The notes: generated by a model not told the origin, from the letters alone. Counted from the stretch's first letter, positions 44,994 through 53,356 are shown. The stretch is 64,000 nt of DNA from Candidatus Levybacteria bacterium RIFCSPHIGHO2_01_FULL_37_17 (GCA_001782035.1 MFNL01000004.1:9290-73289), one strand, 5' to 3'. Numbers and translations are program-made.

Positions 44994-45818
44994 TTACGGT
45001 CTAATCTTGATCCCGGGGCTCATTGTGGATTTGAGTATAATGCTTACAATATTGTCTTTTTTTACTGCCGAAATCATAGCTTCGATATTTTCTGAAAGTT
45101 TATCAGTGCCAAAAGACATTTTGCCAACTGTTAAGTGCATAATAGGGTTTTTAGCCTCGGTTTTAAAATTAATTTGCCCAGCCTCATATTTTTTGACAAC
45201 ATCCTCCGGTTTTTCTGTAATTGTCCCGTTTTTGGGGTTTGGCATTAAGCCTCTTGGGCCTAAAACCTTAGCAACTTTGGCAAGTTTTGGCATCATGTCC
45301 GCAGTTGCCACCAAAATATCAAAATTAACTACTCCTTTTTCTACTTCCGCAATTAATTTATCATCCGCAATGGCTACTCTTGTTTTTTTCCCTGTTCCAT
45401 TTGGAAGAGTTACGTTTCCGGAAATACCGGAGACAGTGGTATTTATGTGAAGCTCCACTGTTTCATCGAATTTGCCTCTTTGGACTTTGCCCAAAATTTC
45501 CAAACCCTCTGATAATGAATATATTTTGTTTTGCTCAACTTTTGCTGCAAAATCGTTATATGTGTTTGAGTGGGGAGCTTTTTGAAATTTTTCTTTTTTT
45601 GTCTTTTTTTCTTCCTTTTTAACTTCTTGAGAATCTTTGACTTCTTCTTTTATTTCTTCCTTCTGCTCGGAAAGTTTAACTTCTTCTACATTTTCCTCTT
45701 TTTGAGCAACTTTTTCAGCCTTTTTTGCCTCTTTTTTGGAATCACGACGCTCTTGTAGTCTTTTAGACTTTGCCGCTTCCTCCAGTTCGTCAAATGATTT
45801 AACTCTTACCTTTCCCAT
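44994..45818 (-). CDS. rplA: 50S ribosomal protein L1 with a K/E-rich N-proximal insertion of about 75 aa
   Basis: L1 domain ...LGPRGLMPNPKNGTITEKPEDVVKKYEAGQINFKTEAKNPIMHLTVGKMSFGTD...; the extension is KSKRLQERRDSKKEAKKAEKVAQKEENVEEVK.... Confidence 0.9.
   Translation of the reverse strand: MGKVRVKSFDELEEAAKSKRLQERRDSKKEAKKAEKVAQKEENVEEVKLSEQKEEIKEEVKDSQEVKKEEKKTKKEKFQKAPHSNTYNDFAAKVEQNKIYSLSEGLEILGKVQRGKFDETVELHINTTVSGISGNVTLPNGTGKKTRVAIADDKLIAEVEKGVVNFDILVATADMMPKLAKVAKVLGPRGLMPNPKNGTITEKPEDVVKKYEAGQINFKTEAKNPIMHLTVGKMSFGTDKLSENIEAMISAVKKDNIVSIILKSTMSPGIKIRP
45001..45180. repeat. Direct repeat copy B, the 3' end of intact rplA
   Basis: See copy A. Confidence 0.85.
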
Positions 45819-45820
45819 AC

Positions 45821-46246
45821 TTATTGAACCTTCACTCCCATGCTTCGGGCGACTCCTTCAACAATTTTAACTGCTTGGGGGAGTTCGTCTGTGTTTAAAT
45901 CTTCCATTTTGTCTTTTGCAATTTGCTCTGCTTGTGCTTTAGACAAAGTTCCAGCCACTTCTGTCCCGGGTTTTTGCGCACCCCTTTCTTTCCCTAAAGC
46001 TTTTTTAATCATTTCTGCAATTGGGGATTTTTTGACAATAAAAGAAAAAGTTCTGTCTTCATAAACTGTAATTACAGCAGGAACGATAGTTCCTTTTTGG
46101 TCAGCTGTTTTGTCGTTAAATGCTTTAACAAACTCCATAATAGGGAGGCCGTGGGGGCCTAATGCTGTTCCAACGGGTGGAGCTGGAGTCGCTGCTCCTG
46201 CGGGAATATTTATTTTTATAATTGTCTTAACTTTTTTTGTTGCCAT
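45821..46246 (-). CDS. rplK: 50S ribosomal protein L11
   Basis: MATKKVKTIIKINIPAGAATPAPPVGTALGPHGLPIMEFVKAFN. Confidence 0.93.
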   Translation of the reverse strand: MATKKVKTIIKINIPAGAATPAPPVGTALGPHGLPIMEFVKAFNDKTADQKGTIVPAVITVYEDRTFSFIVKKSPIAEMIKKALGKERGAQKPGTEVAGTLSKAQAEQIAKDKMEDLNTDELPQAVKIVEGVARSMGVKVQ

Positions 46247-46336
46247 ATTTAATTTGGGAGAGTAGAGAAGAGTCTAAAAGATTTCTTATCTACTGGTTCA
46301 AACGACCTAAGTCTCCCAGGTTATTAAGTTTTTGTA

Positions 46337-47215
46337 TTATAACTTAGTTACTTGTAAAAAGTCTAGCTCTACAGGTGTTTCTCTTCCAAAAATTGAAACC
46401 AAAACTTTAATTTTCCCTCTTGCGTCGTCAATATTGTCAACCGTCCCAAGAAAATCCGTAAAAGGCCCGTCTACTATTTTTACGGCTTCGCCAACCGTAA
46501 AAGTTGTCGTAAATAAAGGCTCCTCAGCCTCCATAAACTTTTTTATTGCAGCTACCTCTTTATCGGAAATTGGAGTTGGTTTGTTTCCAGCGCCGATAAA
46601 TGCCGTTACTCCTTGGGTAGTTCTAACAAGCAGCCAGCTTTCATCATCTAATATCATTTTAACTAAAACGTATCCGGGGAAAATTTTCTCTTTGACGTTT
46701 TCCTTTTTACCCTGGCTTACCTTAATGGTATCTCGGGTAGGTACAATTATGTCAAAAATTCTGTTTTCAAATCCCATCGACTCAACTCTTTGGTGAAGAG
46801 ATTTTGCCACTTTATTTTCGTGTCCCGAATAAGTATGAATTATGTACCACTTTCCAGCATCAGAGGCTTTAGAAGTAGTAGGTTGACTTTTTTCCTCCGG
46901 AGCAACTTGGTCTGTTGGTTCATTTGCTTGGGATTCTTGGGCTTCTTCTCGATCTTCTGCTTCTTTTTCAACAGCTTCCTGTACTGTATTTTCCTCGCTT
47001 TGCGGCTGTTCAACGGATGCTGTTTCTTGAGTTATTTGCTCTGGTTCGGATGGTTCGCCAACAGATTGTCCTTCGTCTTCAGGTGCTTCTATTTGCATAT
47101 CGGTAGGCGGGGGAAGTTGATCCTCCTTTGGTGCTTCTATTTCCGTATCGGGAATTGGTTGCGAAGGAAGAACCGGAGCTTGATCTTCTGTTTTTTGATT
47201 TTGATCGTCATTCAT
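46337..47215 (-). CDS. nusG: Transcription antitermination factor NusG with an acidic low-complexity N-terminal extension of about 120 aa
   Basis: NGN domain KWYIIHTYSGHENKVAKSL; KOW FTVGEAVKIVDGPFTDFLGTVDNID. Confidence 0.9.
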   Translation of the reverse strand: MNDDQNQKTEDQAPVLPSQPIPDTEIEAPKEDQLPPPTDMQIEAPEDEGQSVGEPSEPEQITQETASVEQPQSEENTVQEAVEKEAEDREEAQESQANEPTDQVAPEEKSQPTTSKASDAGKWYIIHTYSGHENKVAKSLHQRVESMGFENRIFDIIVPTRDTIKVSQGKKENVKEKIFPGYVLVKMILDDESWLLVRTTQGVTAFIGAGNKPTPISDKEVAAIKKFMEAEEPLFTTTFTVGEAVKIVDGPFTDFLGTVDNIDDARGKIKVLVSIFGRETPVELDFLQVTKL

Positions 47216-47216
47216 T

Positions 47217-47405
47217 TTATCTAGTAATTAAAACCTCCGTTGCTTTAGTTAATAAAAAATCTACTCCGCCTAAAAACAGACCTACGATTAAACTGACTAT
47301 AATAACTACGCCAGTTAATCTTATCACCTCGGCACGAGTTGGCCAGACGACTTTTTTAAGTTCGTCCCTAACTTCTGCTAAAAAACCAACAGGTGTTGTT
47401 GCCAT
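47217..47405 (-). CDS. secE: Preprotein translocase subunit SecE
   Basis: 62 aa; VVWPTRAEVIRLTGVVIIVSLIVGLFLGGVDFLL. Confidence 0.85.
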   Translation of the reverse strand: MATTPVGFLAEVRDELKKVVWPTRAEVIRLTGVVIIVSLIVGLFLGGVDFLLTKATEVLITR

Positions 47406-47453
47406 AAAAATAAAATCGTGAGTTTTCGGGATTTGTCAACATTCTAGCAAATA

Positions 47454-48044
47454 TTAACTTTTATGTAAAGGAGTAGGGTGGAGCTTGGATATTACAAAAT
47501 ACCCGACTTCGGGACTTACCTGTGTTCCAACAATTCTAGGTCTCCACGCAGAAATAGAAGTGGGATCGCTTTCGTCGCTATAAAGGGAGCCAATACGAGA
47601 TACTTTAACCTCGTAAATATCGCCAGATTCAAATAACCGTTTAATTAGAGGCTCCGCAATGGTGTCTATTTCTTCCCCACAGATAATAATTTCAGTATGG
47701 TGAGTTAAGCCCTTATGATGTTTAGAAAGCTCACTTATTAAATCTTGATATTTTTTATTTGGAGCAGTTAAATCAGCAAGAGTTTGTATATTGTCCGGAA
47801 TCAAGGCTCTGGCTTTTAGTCTTCTTATTAAATCAGATTGTTTTTGATTTAAGTTTTCGTTTTTAGGCATAACCAATAAAACTTCCGAAGTATTTATTGG
47901 CGGATAAAGAATAGATACCCGTTCATAAAGACGGTCAGCTTGTATCTCGTGCGTTTCGTTATCGCCCGAATAAGGATACGCTAGTATCACAAGCCTTGAC
48001 AGTGGATAAGGTCTTAGATATTCAAGTTTTCTTTCTGCCACCAT
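47454..48044 (-). CDS. Hypothetical protein
   Basis: 196-aa ORF upstream of secE; no family recognised. Confidence 0.4.
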   Translation of the reverse strand: MVAERKLEYLRPYPLSRLVILAYPYSGDNETHEIQADRLYERVSILYPPINTSEVLLVMPKNENLNQKQSDLIRRLKARALIPDNIQTLADLTAPNKKYQDLISELSKHHKGLTHHTEIIICGEEIDTIAEPLIKRLFESGDIYEVKVSRIGSLYSDESDPTSISAWRPRIVGTQVSPEVGYFVISKLHPTPLHKS

Positions 48045-48085
48045 AGTAGCGCATTATACATAAATAGGCTTTTGGGTTCAAATCC

Positions 48086-48114
48086 TTGACAGCAAAATGT
48101 ACAAGCTTTACAAT
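48086..48114 (+). promoter_or_regulatory. Promoter TTGACA-17-TACAAT for galU; it lies inside the N-terminus of the track ORF
   Basis: TTGACA at 48086-48091, TACAAT at 48109-48114. Confidence 0.45.
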
Positions 48115-48126
48115 CGAATTTGCACC

Positions 48127-49008
48127 ATGAGTAAGGTTACAAAAGCAGTAATCCCCGCAGCCGGATTTGGAACCCGATTTTTACCTCAAACAAAAGCAAT
48201 GCCCAAAGAAATGCTCCCAATTGTTGATAAACCTGTTATTCAATACGTGGTTGAGGAAGTAGTGGACTCAGGAATAAAAGATATCGTAATTATAACCGGT
48301 TCAAATAAAAGAGCAATTGAGGATCATTTCGACACCCCAAACCAAGACCTTGTACAAAATCTTGTTTCAAGCGGAAAGCACGAGCTTTTGGATTCTATTA
48401 AAAAGTTGGCTGAAATGGCCAACTTTATTTATATTAGGCAAAAAGGGCCATATGGAAACGGAACGCCAATATTATCGGCTGAACCAGCAATTGACGGAGA
48501 GCCCTTTGCAGTTTTATGGGGAGATGAGTTTATTTACAGTAAGCCCCCAAGGTTAAAGCAAATGATTGCGGTTCATGAAAAATACGGAGGGGTAGTAATT
48601 TCAGGTGTTAGAATTAACGAAAAGCAAGATTTAAAAAGATATGGAATCGCAAATGTTACAGCAGTTGAAGGGAATGTTTATAGAATAAATGAAATTGTGG
48701 AAAAGCCGGAGCCGGAATCTGCTCCTTCTAATTTAGCAACGCATGGCGGCTACATTCTTCCTCCTGAAATTTTTGATGCTTTAAGAACCGTAGAGCCTGG
48801 AAAGGGAGGGGAAGTCTGGTTGGTTGATGGAATAAATAAATTAAGAGAAAAAGGTGTGGAAGTGTTTGCAGTTGAAATTGAAAACGGAAAATATTACGAT
48901 ACAGGAAACAAATTAGAGTACATGAAAACTGTGGTGGAGCTTGCCTTGAAGCACCCCGATATTAACGGAGATTTTAAAAAATTCCTCAAAGAACTTGATC
49001 TTGAATGA
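48127..49008 (+). CDS. galU: UTP--glucose-1-phosphate uridylyltransferase
   Basis: MSKVTKAVIPAAGFGTRFLPQTKAMPKEMLPIVDKPVIQYVVEE. Confidence 0.9.
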   Translation: MSKVTKAVIPAAGFGTRFLPQTKAMPKEMLPIVDKPVIQYVVEEVVDSGIKDIVIITGSNKRAIEDHFDTPNQDLVQNLVSSGKHELLDSIKKLAEMANFIYIRQKGPYGNGTPILSAEPAIDGEPFAVLWGDEFIYSKPPRLKQMIAVHEKYGGVVISGVRINEKQDLKRYGIANVTAVEGNVYRINEIVEKPEPESAPSNLATHGGYILPPEIFDALRTVEPGKGGEVWLVDGINKLREKGVEVFAVEIENGKYYDTGNKLEYMKTVVELALKHPDINGDFKKFLKELDLE

Positions 49009-49610
49009 GAGTCGGATTATTTTTTATTTTCCTCTTTAGTTTATTCACGAGCTTTGTTTATTTTAACGTTTTAACAAAATTGGATTACGACTTAACAGTG
49101 TTTATTCAAAACTTTATACCGGCAAGTCTGGATATCCCTTTTTCGGTTTTTAGCATCATAGGAAATTTCGAAATTGCGGGTATGCTTTTGCTTTTAATAC
49201 TTTTTATATTTAAGAAATTGAACCAAATTGTTGTTCTTTTTCTTTTTGCCCTTCTGCATATTCCTGAACTTTTTTTAAAGGCAAATTTAAATCATCCAGG
49301 TCCTCCGATTGAAATACTAAGAACTATTAAACTTTTTCCTATTCCACAAATTAGTATCGCGGGTGAATATTTTTCTTATCCTTCGGGTCATTCCGCCCGT
49401 ACCATTTTTATTTCGATAATACTCCTTGTACTTGTTTCAAGGCTAAAACTGCCCAAGAGCTCGAAATATTTGATTTATGGATTAATTTTAATTTTTGACT
49501 TTGTAATGTTAGTTTCAAGAGTTTATCTTGCAGAACATTGGGCAACTGACGTTGTTGGAGGGAGCCTACTGGGTGCTGCCTTTGGATTTATCACTCTTCT
49601 CTTTATCTAA
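49005..49610 (+). CDS. PAP2-family membrane phosphatase
   Basis: PSGH (SYPSGHSAR) and SRVYLAEHWATDVVGG (SR....H...D) motifs. Confidence 0.75.
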   Translation: MRVGLFFIFLFSLFTSFVYFNVLTKLDYDLTVFIQNFIPASLDIPFSVFSIIGNFEIAGMLLLLILFIFKKLNQIVVLFLFALLHIPELFLKANLNHPGPPIEILRTIKLFPIPQISIAGEYFSYPSGHSARTIFISIILLVLVSRLKLPKSSKYLIYGLILIFDFVMLVSRVYLAEHWATDVVGGSLLGAAFGFITLLFI

Positions 49611-49637
49611 TTTTGCATTATAAACCCTATTGTCAAG

Positions 49638-49975
49638 TTGACAAAAATAGAGCCAGTTTTGTTATAATTTAGTTGTTCTTTGGTATAGGAGATAGTTGGT
49701 AAGATTTTCTTCTACAAGTTCAATGGGTTTGAAGTACCCCTTACCATTATGGTGAGCGGGGACAGAGTGAATTAGTCTTAACCCGTGGGTTAAGATTTAG
49801 CTCTCTTAGTTACAGGCTCGGAGAAACATCGACTATTTCGGTACCAAAGACGAATTTATCAAATCCTTTAGGCTAGAACTTAAGCTATCAGAGGCTCTAC
49901 TTTAACTTCTCGTTTTCTTTGTGTTCGGTAACTTTTCTGCAGTGCTTACAGTACTTTTTTAATAATAGTTTTGCT
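49638..49975 (+). ncRNA. Candidate structured non-coding transcript driven by an extended -10 promoter (TGtTATAAT at 49660-49668; TTGACA at 49638-49643). No ORF on either strand; family not identified
   Basis: Perfect hairpin CTTAACCC-GTG-GGTTAAG at about 49775-49795; a second hairpin CCCCTTACCA-TTA-TGGTGAGCGGGG at about 49736-49764; T-run at 49955-49960. Confidence 0.3.
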
Positions 49976-50082
49976 TCTGTATTTATTTTGTTTCTTGTAG
50001 TTACGTAGTTTCTATTTTTGCAGATAGTACAAACTAAGCCAAGTATTATTCTGTGTTCTCTTTTTGCCATTTGAGTATTATA

Positions 50083-50114
50083 TAAAAAATTTGAGCATCA
50101 TTCAACGCTCAAAT
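50083..50114 (-). terminator. Rho-independent terminator of the minus-strand tRNA operon
   Basis: Minus strand reads GAAATTTGAGC-GTTGAATGAT-GCTCAAATTTTTTAT (stem TTTGAGC/GCTCAAA). Confidence 0.55.
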
Positions 50115-50219
50115 TTCAGAGCCGACAGTGGGAATCCCTTCGACTTCGCTCAGGATAAACTCCTCATCCCAATCAAAATTCGAAAATTTCACGCGAATGG
50201 TGAGCTTGTCGAATCCAGA

Positions 50220-50291
50220 GCCGACAGTGGGAATCGGACCCACGATCTAGTCATTACCAATGACTTGCTCTACCACTGAGCCATGTCGGCA
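50220..50291 (-). tRNA. tRNA-Thr (anticodon GGT)
   Basis: rc reads GCCGACA TG GCTC AGTGGTA GAGC A AGTCA TTGGTAA TGACT AGATC GTGGG TCCGATT CCCAC TGTCGGC T. Confidence 0.85.
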
Positions 50292-50292
50292 T

Positions 50293-50380
50293 GGTGCTGA
50301 GGGAGAGATTTGCACTCCCGTAGCCCTTGCGGGCGCCTGGTCTACAGCCAGGTGCGATTGACTACTCCGCCACCTCAGCA
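50293..50380 (-). tRNA. tRNA-Tyr (anticodon GTA), long variable arm, encoded CCA
   Basis: rc reads GCTGAGG...CCTGG CTGTAGA CCAGG CGCCCGCAAGGGCTAC GGGAG TGCAAAT CTCCC CCTCAGC A CCA. Confidence 0.85.
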
Positions 50381-50381
50381 T

Positions 50382-50455
50382 GGAGCCGAAGGTGGGATTC
50401 GAACCCACGGCTTGCTGTTTACAAAACAGCTACTCTACCACTGAGTTACTTCGGC
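50382..50455 (-). tRNA. tRNA-Thr (anticodon TGT), encoded CCA
   Basis: rc reads GCCGAAG TA ACTC AGTGGTA GAGT A GCTGT TTTGTAA ACAGC AAGCC GTGGG TTCGAAT CCCAC CTTCGGC T CCA. Confidence 0.85.
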
Positions 50456-50516
50456 GCTGTCTAATTTTACCAAATAGTTGCTTGGTTTAGAAGAGTTGAG
50501 TATAATTCAAAAGAAT

Positions 50517-50588
50517 AGGGACGTGGTGAAATGGTTATCACAGCAGTCTCCAAAACTGCTTTTCTCAGTTCGAATCTGAGCGTCCCTG
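50517..50588 (+). tRNA. tRNA-Trp (anticodon CCA)
   Basis: AGGGACG TG GTGA AATGGTTA TCAC A GCAGT CTCCAAA ACTGC TTTT CTCAG TTCGAAT CTGAG CGTCCCT G. Upstream promoter TTGCTT-17-TATAAT (TATAAT at 50501-50506). Confidence 0.85.
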
Positions 50589-50681
50589 CAGCTACTTTTT
50601 TGGTTTAGGAATTAACTCACTTAAAGAACATCTTCGGAATGAACTCTTATTAAGGGAAGAGTCTTGCCTTATCAATAAGAA

Positions 50682-50933
50682 TTATGCAGCAGTTTTTTTT
50701 GTTTGTTTTAAAACTAAACCTTCTCTTACAAAGCTTTTTAATGGGCCTAAATCTTGTGGAGTTGTAGAGCAGACGTAAATTATCGAGGCTTCTCTGCCTT
50801 TTCCATGTTTTTCAGTTGCAACCCCACTTAGGGATGCAGATTGCTCAAATTGTGGAACTTGCTCATTTAGAATCTTGTACATGACGCATTTCCCGCCGTT
50901 TCTGCCTTCAACAAGAAACTCCTGAAGCGCCAT
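50682..50933 (-). CDS. Hypothetical small protein (83 aa)
   Basis: Track ORF downstream of the AAA ATPase gene; no family recognised. Confidence 0.35.
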   Translation of the reverse strand: MALQEFLVEGRNGGKCVMYKILNEQVPQFEQSASLSGVATEKHGKGREASIIYVCSTTPQDLGPLKSFVREGLVLKQTKKTAA

Positions 50934-50974
50934 TAATTAATTCTAGGCACGAGAAAATTGCTTTGTCAAGTTAT

Positions 50975-52627
50975 TTACTTTTTTGAAGAAGGTTCAGAAA
51001 AGCCTAATTTTCTTGCTTTTCTCACAGTTTCATATGTTTGAATTACAGAGAGGAGATCCTGCGTATTAACGGGAGTAGGATTTTGGTTTCTCATTTCCTC
51101 TCTTACTTTTCTTGCCAAAGACCTTCTTACGACCTCTTCAATATCAGCTCCACTGAATCCTTTTGTGGCGTTAATCAGCTGGTCAGTATCTACTGATTCA
51201 TCAAATATTTTTCTTCCCCCTGCGCTTGTTGCAACCTGTTCTGCTTTTTTCATTTTAAGGTCAAATATTTTAGCCCGTTGGGCGATATCAGGTAAGGGAA
51301 CTTCAATTAACATATCAAGTCTTCCAGGTCTTTTTAAAGCTGGGTCTATTGCTTCCACTCTGTTTGTGGTTCCGACAACTACGATTCCTTCTGGTCGCTC
51401 GTTCAGCCCATCTAAATTCGAGAGCAATACCGTAACAACTCTACTTGTAACTTCAGATGATTGGTTTCTATTACCAGCTAACGCATCTAGTTCATCAATT
51501 AATATTACGACTGGGGCATTTTTTCTTGCTTTTTCAAAAACAGCATTTAAGAGTCGTTCCGTTCTTCCATAAAGAGAATGTAAAACATCTGCAAGTTCAA
51601 CAACGTATATTCCAACCCCTGCCTCGTGTGCAAGTGCTTTTGTAAGCATTGTCTTTCCAGTTCCAGGTTCTCCAAAAAGCAGTAGACCACTTGGTGCTTG
51701 AGTGCCCCATCTTGCATAAGCCTGTGGCTCTCTTAATGCGTGAACTATTGTCTGTAATTCCTCTTTTGCTTTGTCGTTGCCTCCAATGTCATCAAATGTT
51801 TCAGAAGGCATAGATATTAATTGAATTTTTTGCTCAATTTCATTTTGAATTTCTTCATCAGTATCAATCATCCCACTTGCTGATAGTGCTCTTTTTCTTT
51901 CTTTGATCGCAATTTCTGCATCCTCTAGTTTTGAAGCTAGGTTTTTTTGTGGTTTAATTTCGTATGTTTCAGAAGGAGGGATAGCAAAATCTGATTTATA
52001 AACAACACTCATTACTTCTTGAAGAACCCCTGCATATTTTGCGTATTCTCGCTCAAATCCTTCGGCTGTTTCATCACTCATGTCTCCTTCAGTATGGATG
52101 CAAATTCCCGGAAGTGGTATGGGAGTGTTTTTTCCAGGATTGTGAATAATATAATCACTGCCCTGATAATGAATTTTAATATCTTCGATTGTTGTTTCAA
52201 CTTCAAATTCAGAACTGCCGCGTAGTGACTCTAACTGGGTACCCAATCTTAACATTTTTCCTTCCATGGCATTTCTGACACTATCAGCATTGAGAATGCT
52301 CGAGAGAGGATTGTCATCGCGAGGAAGATCGGCTTCATTGAAGTACTGGGTTTTTAATTCATATAGTCTTTCTTCAGGATTATAGAGTACGGCGGTTATT
52401 ATTTTATTTATCGTGCTGTCTTCTGGATCTTGCTCAGCGATTATTAAGCCGTCATCGCCATTAACACCCGGTAGACGACTAAGGTACTGACTTCTTGCAG
52501 CTTGATGCTTAATAGAAAGCCAACGGAAAATCAAATCCGCCCCTTGTGCAGATACTTTAAACTCTGATTTCGGGTCCTCTTTTGACCCAAATCCCCATAG
52601 TCTTTTTCTATCAGGGTTCATAAACAA
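50975..52627 (-). CDS. AAA-family ATPase with an unassigned N-terminal domain of about 280 aa
   Basis: Walker A LLLFGEPGTGKT; Walker B VVILIDELDAL; second region of homology GTTNRVEAIDPALKRPGRLD. Confidence 0.8.
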   Translation of the reverse strand: MFMNPDRKRLWGFGSKEDPKSEFKVSAQGADLIFRWLSIKHQAARSQYLSRLPGVNGDDGLIIAEQDPEDSTINKIITAVLYNPEERLYELKTQYFNEADLPRDDNPLSSILNADSVRNAMEGKMLRLGTQLESLRGSSEFEVETTIEDIKIHYQGSDYIIHNPGKNTPIPLPGICIHTEGDMSDETAEGFEREYAKYAGVLQEVMSVVYKSDFAIPPSETYEIKPQKNLASKLEDAEIAIKERKRALSASGMIDTDEEIQNEIEQKIQLISMPSETFDDIGGNDKAKEELQTIVHALREPQAYARWGTQAPSGLLLFGEPGTGKTMLTKALAHEAGVGIYVVELADVLHSLYGRTERLLNAVFEKARKNAPVVILIDELDALAGNRNQSSEVTSRVVTVLLSNLDGLNERPEGIVVVGTTNRVEAIDPALKRPGRLDMLIEVPLPDIAQRAKIFDLKMKKAEQVATSAGGRKIFDESVDTDQLINATKGFSGADIEEVVRRSLARKVREEMRNQNPTPVNTQDLLSVIQTYETVRKARKLGFSEPSSKK

Positions 52628-52673
52628 GCAATGTTAGCACAGTCAAAATGAAAAATCAACAACTATAGGGCGA

Positions 52674-53306
52674 TTATAGGCCAAGGAGATGTTCGGAGAA
52701 TTGCAAAAGACTAAAAATCAGACTTCCCAGCGAAAAGCCTGCAATTGGAAACAGGAGCAGGAAAAATAAAATAAAAATTCCTATAAATCCTATTGATAAA
52801 TACTGCGCAGCTTCTTTCTCGGGTAAAATAAGAGCAAAAATTTTTGAGCCATCTAGCGGGGGAATGGGGATTAAATTAAATATAGCAAGAAGAAGATTAA
52901 GTCTGACAACCAGCTCTAGAATCGGAAATACAAGTGAATAAACCTCAAAAGAGATAGGAAACAGTCCTAATAGTTTAATAACTCCTGCCGCGCCAAGTGC
53001 AATTAACACATTTGTCGCAGGCCCGGCTAAAGACACAAGCGCCATATCTTTTCTGCCGTCTTTTAAATTAAACGGGTCAACCGGAACCGGCTTGGCTGCG
53101 CCAAAAATTACAGGCGAGCCTGATAAAAGAAGGATTAAAGGCAAAGCAATACTCATAATTGGGTCAATATGAGGCCTTGGGTCTAGTGTTAAGCGGTTCA
53201 TAAGGCGGGCTGTTGGGTCGCCTAAGCGTTCTGCAACAGTCCCGTGCGCAATTTCATGAAGTATTGCGCTGTAGATTAAAATTATAAGAAGGAGTATTAT
53301 TTCCAT
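52674..53306 (-). CDS. M50-family (site-2 protease-like) membrane metalloprotease
   Basis: LHEIAHG (HExxH) and the PIPPLDGSKI (LDG) motif. Confidence 0.75.
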   Translation of the reverse strand: MEIILLLIILIYSAILHEIAHGTVAERLGDPTARLMNRLTLDPRPHIDPIMSIALPLILLLSGSPVIFGAAKPVPVDPFNLKDGRKDMALVSLAGPATNVLIALGAAGVIKLLGLFPISFEVYSLVFPILELVVRLNLLLAIFNLIPIPPLDGSKIFALILPEKEAAQYLSIGFIGIFILFFLLLFPIAGFSLGSLIFSLLQFSEHLLGL

Positions 53307-53356
53307 TTAGATATTATAATTGATTTAACCTCACTTTTACAGTATAATGGCAATCT

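Noticed and set aside
40345-45450. Identical plus-strand ORFs 40345..40611 and 45007..45450 (MDLSIMLTILSFFTAEIIAS...)
   Set aside because: They are antisense translations of the duplicated rplA 3' end. Their identity is a consequence of the DNA repeat, not a duplicated gene on the plus strand.
48097-48126. Track start of galU at 48097
   Set aside because: The promoter -10 box (TACAAT at 48109-48114) lies inside this extension. GalU homology begins at MSKVTKAVIPAAG (ATG 48127).
49676-49960. Short ORFs (under 12 codons) in the candidate ncRNA region
   Set aside because: Too short and lacking an RBS; the region is better explained as structured RNA.
50064-50279. 71-aa ORF spanning the tRNA terminator, the tRNA-end duplicate and part of tRNA-Thr
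   Set aside because: Overlaps a tRNA and a terminator hairpin; no coding signal.
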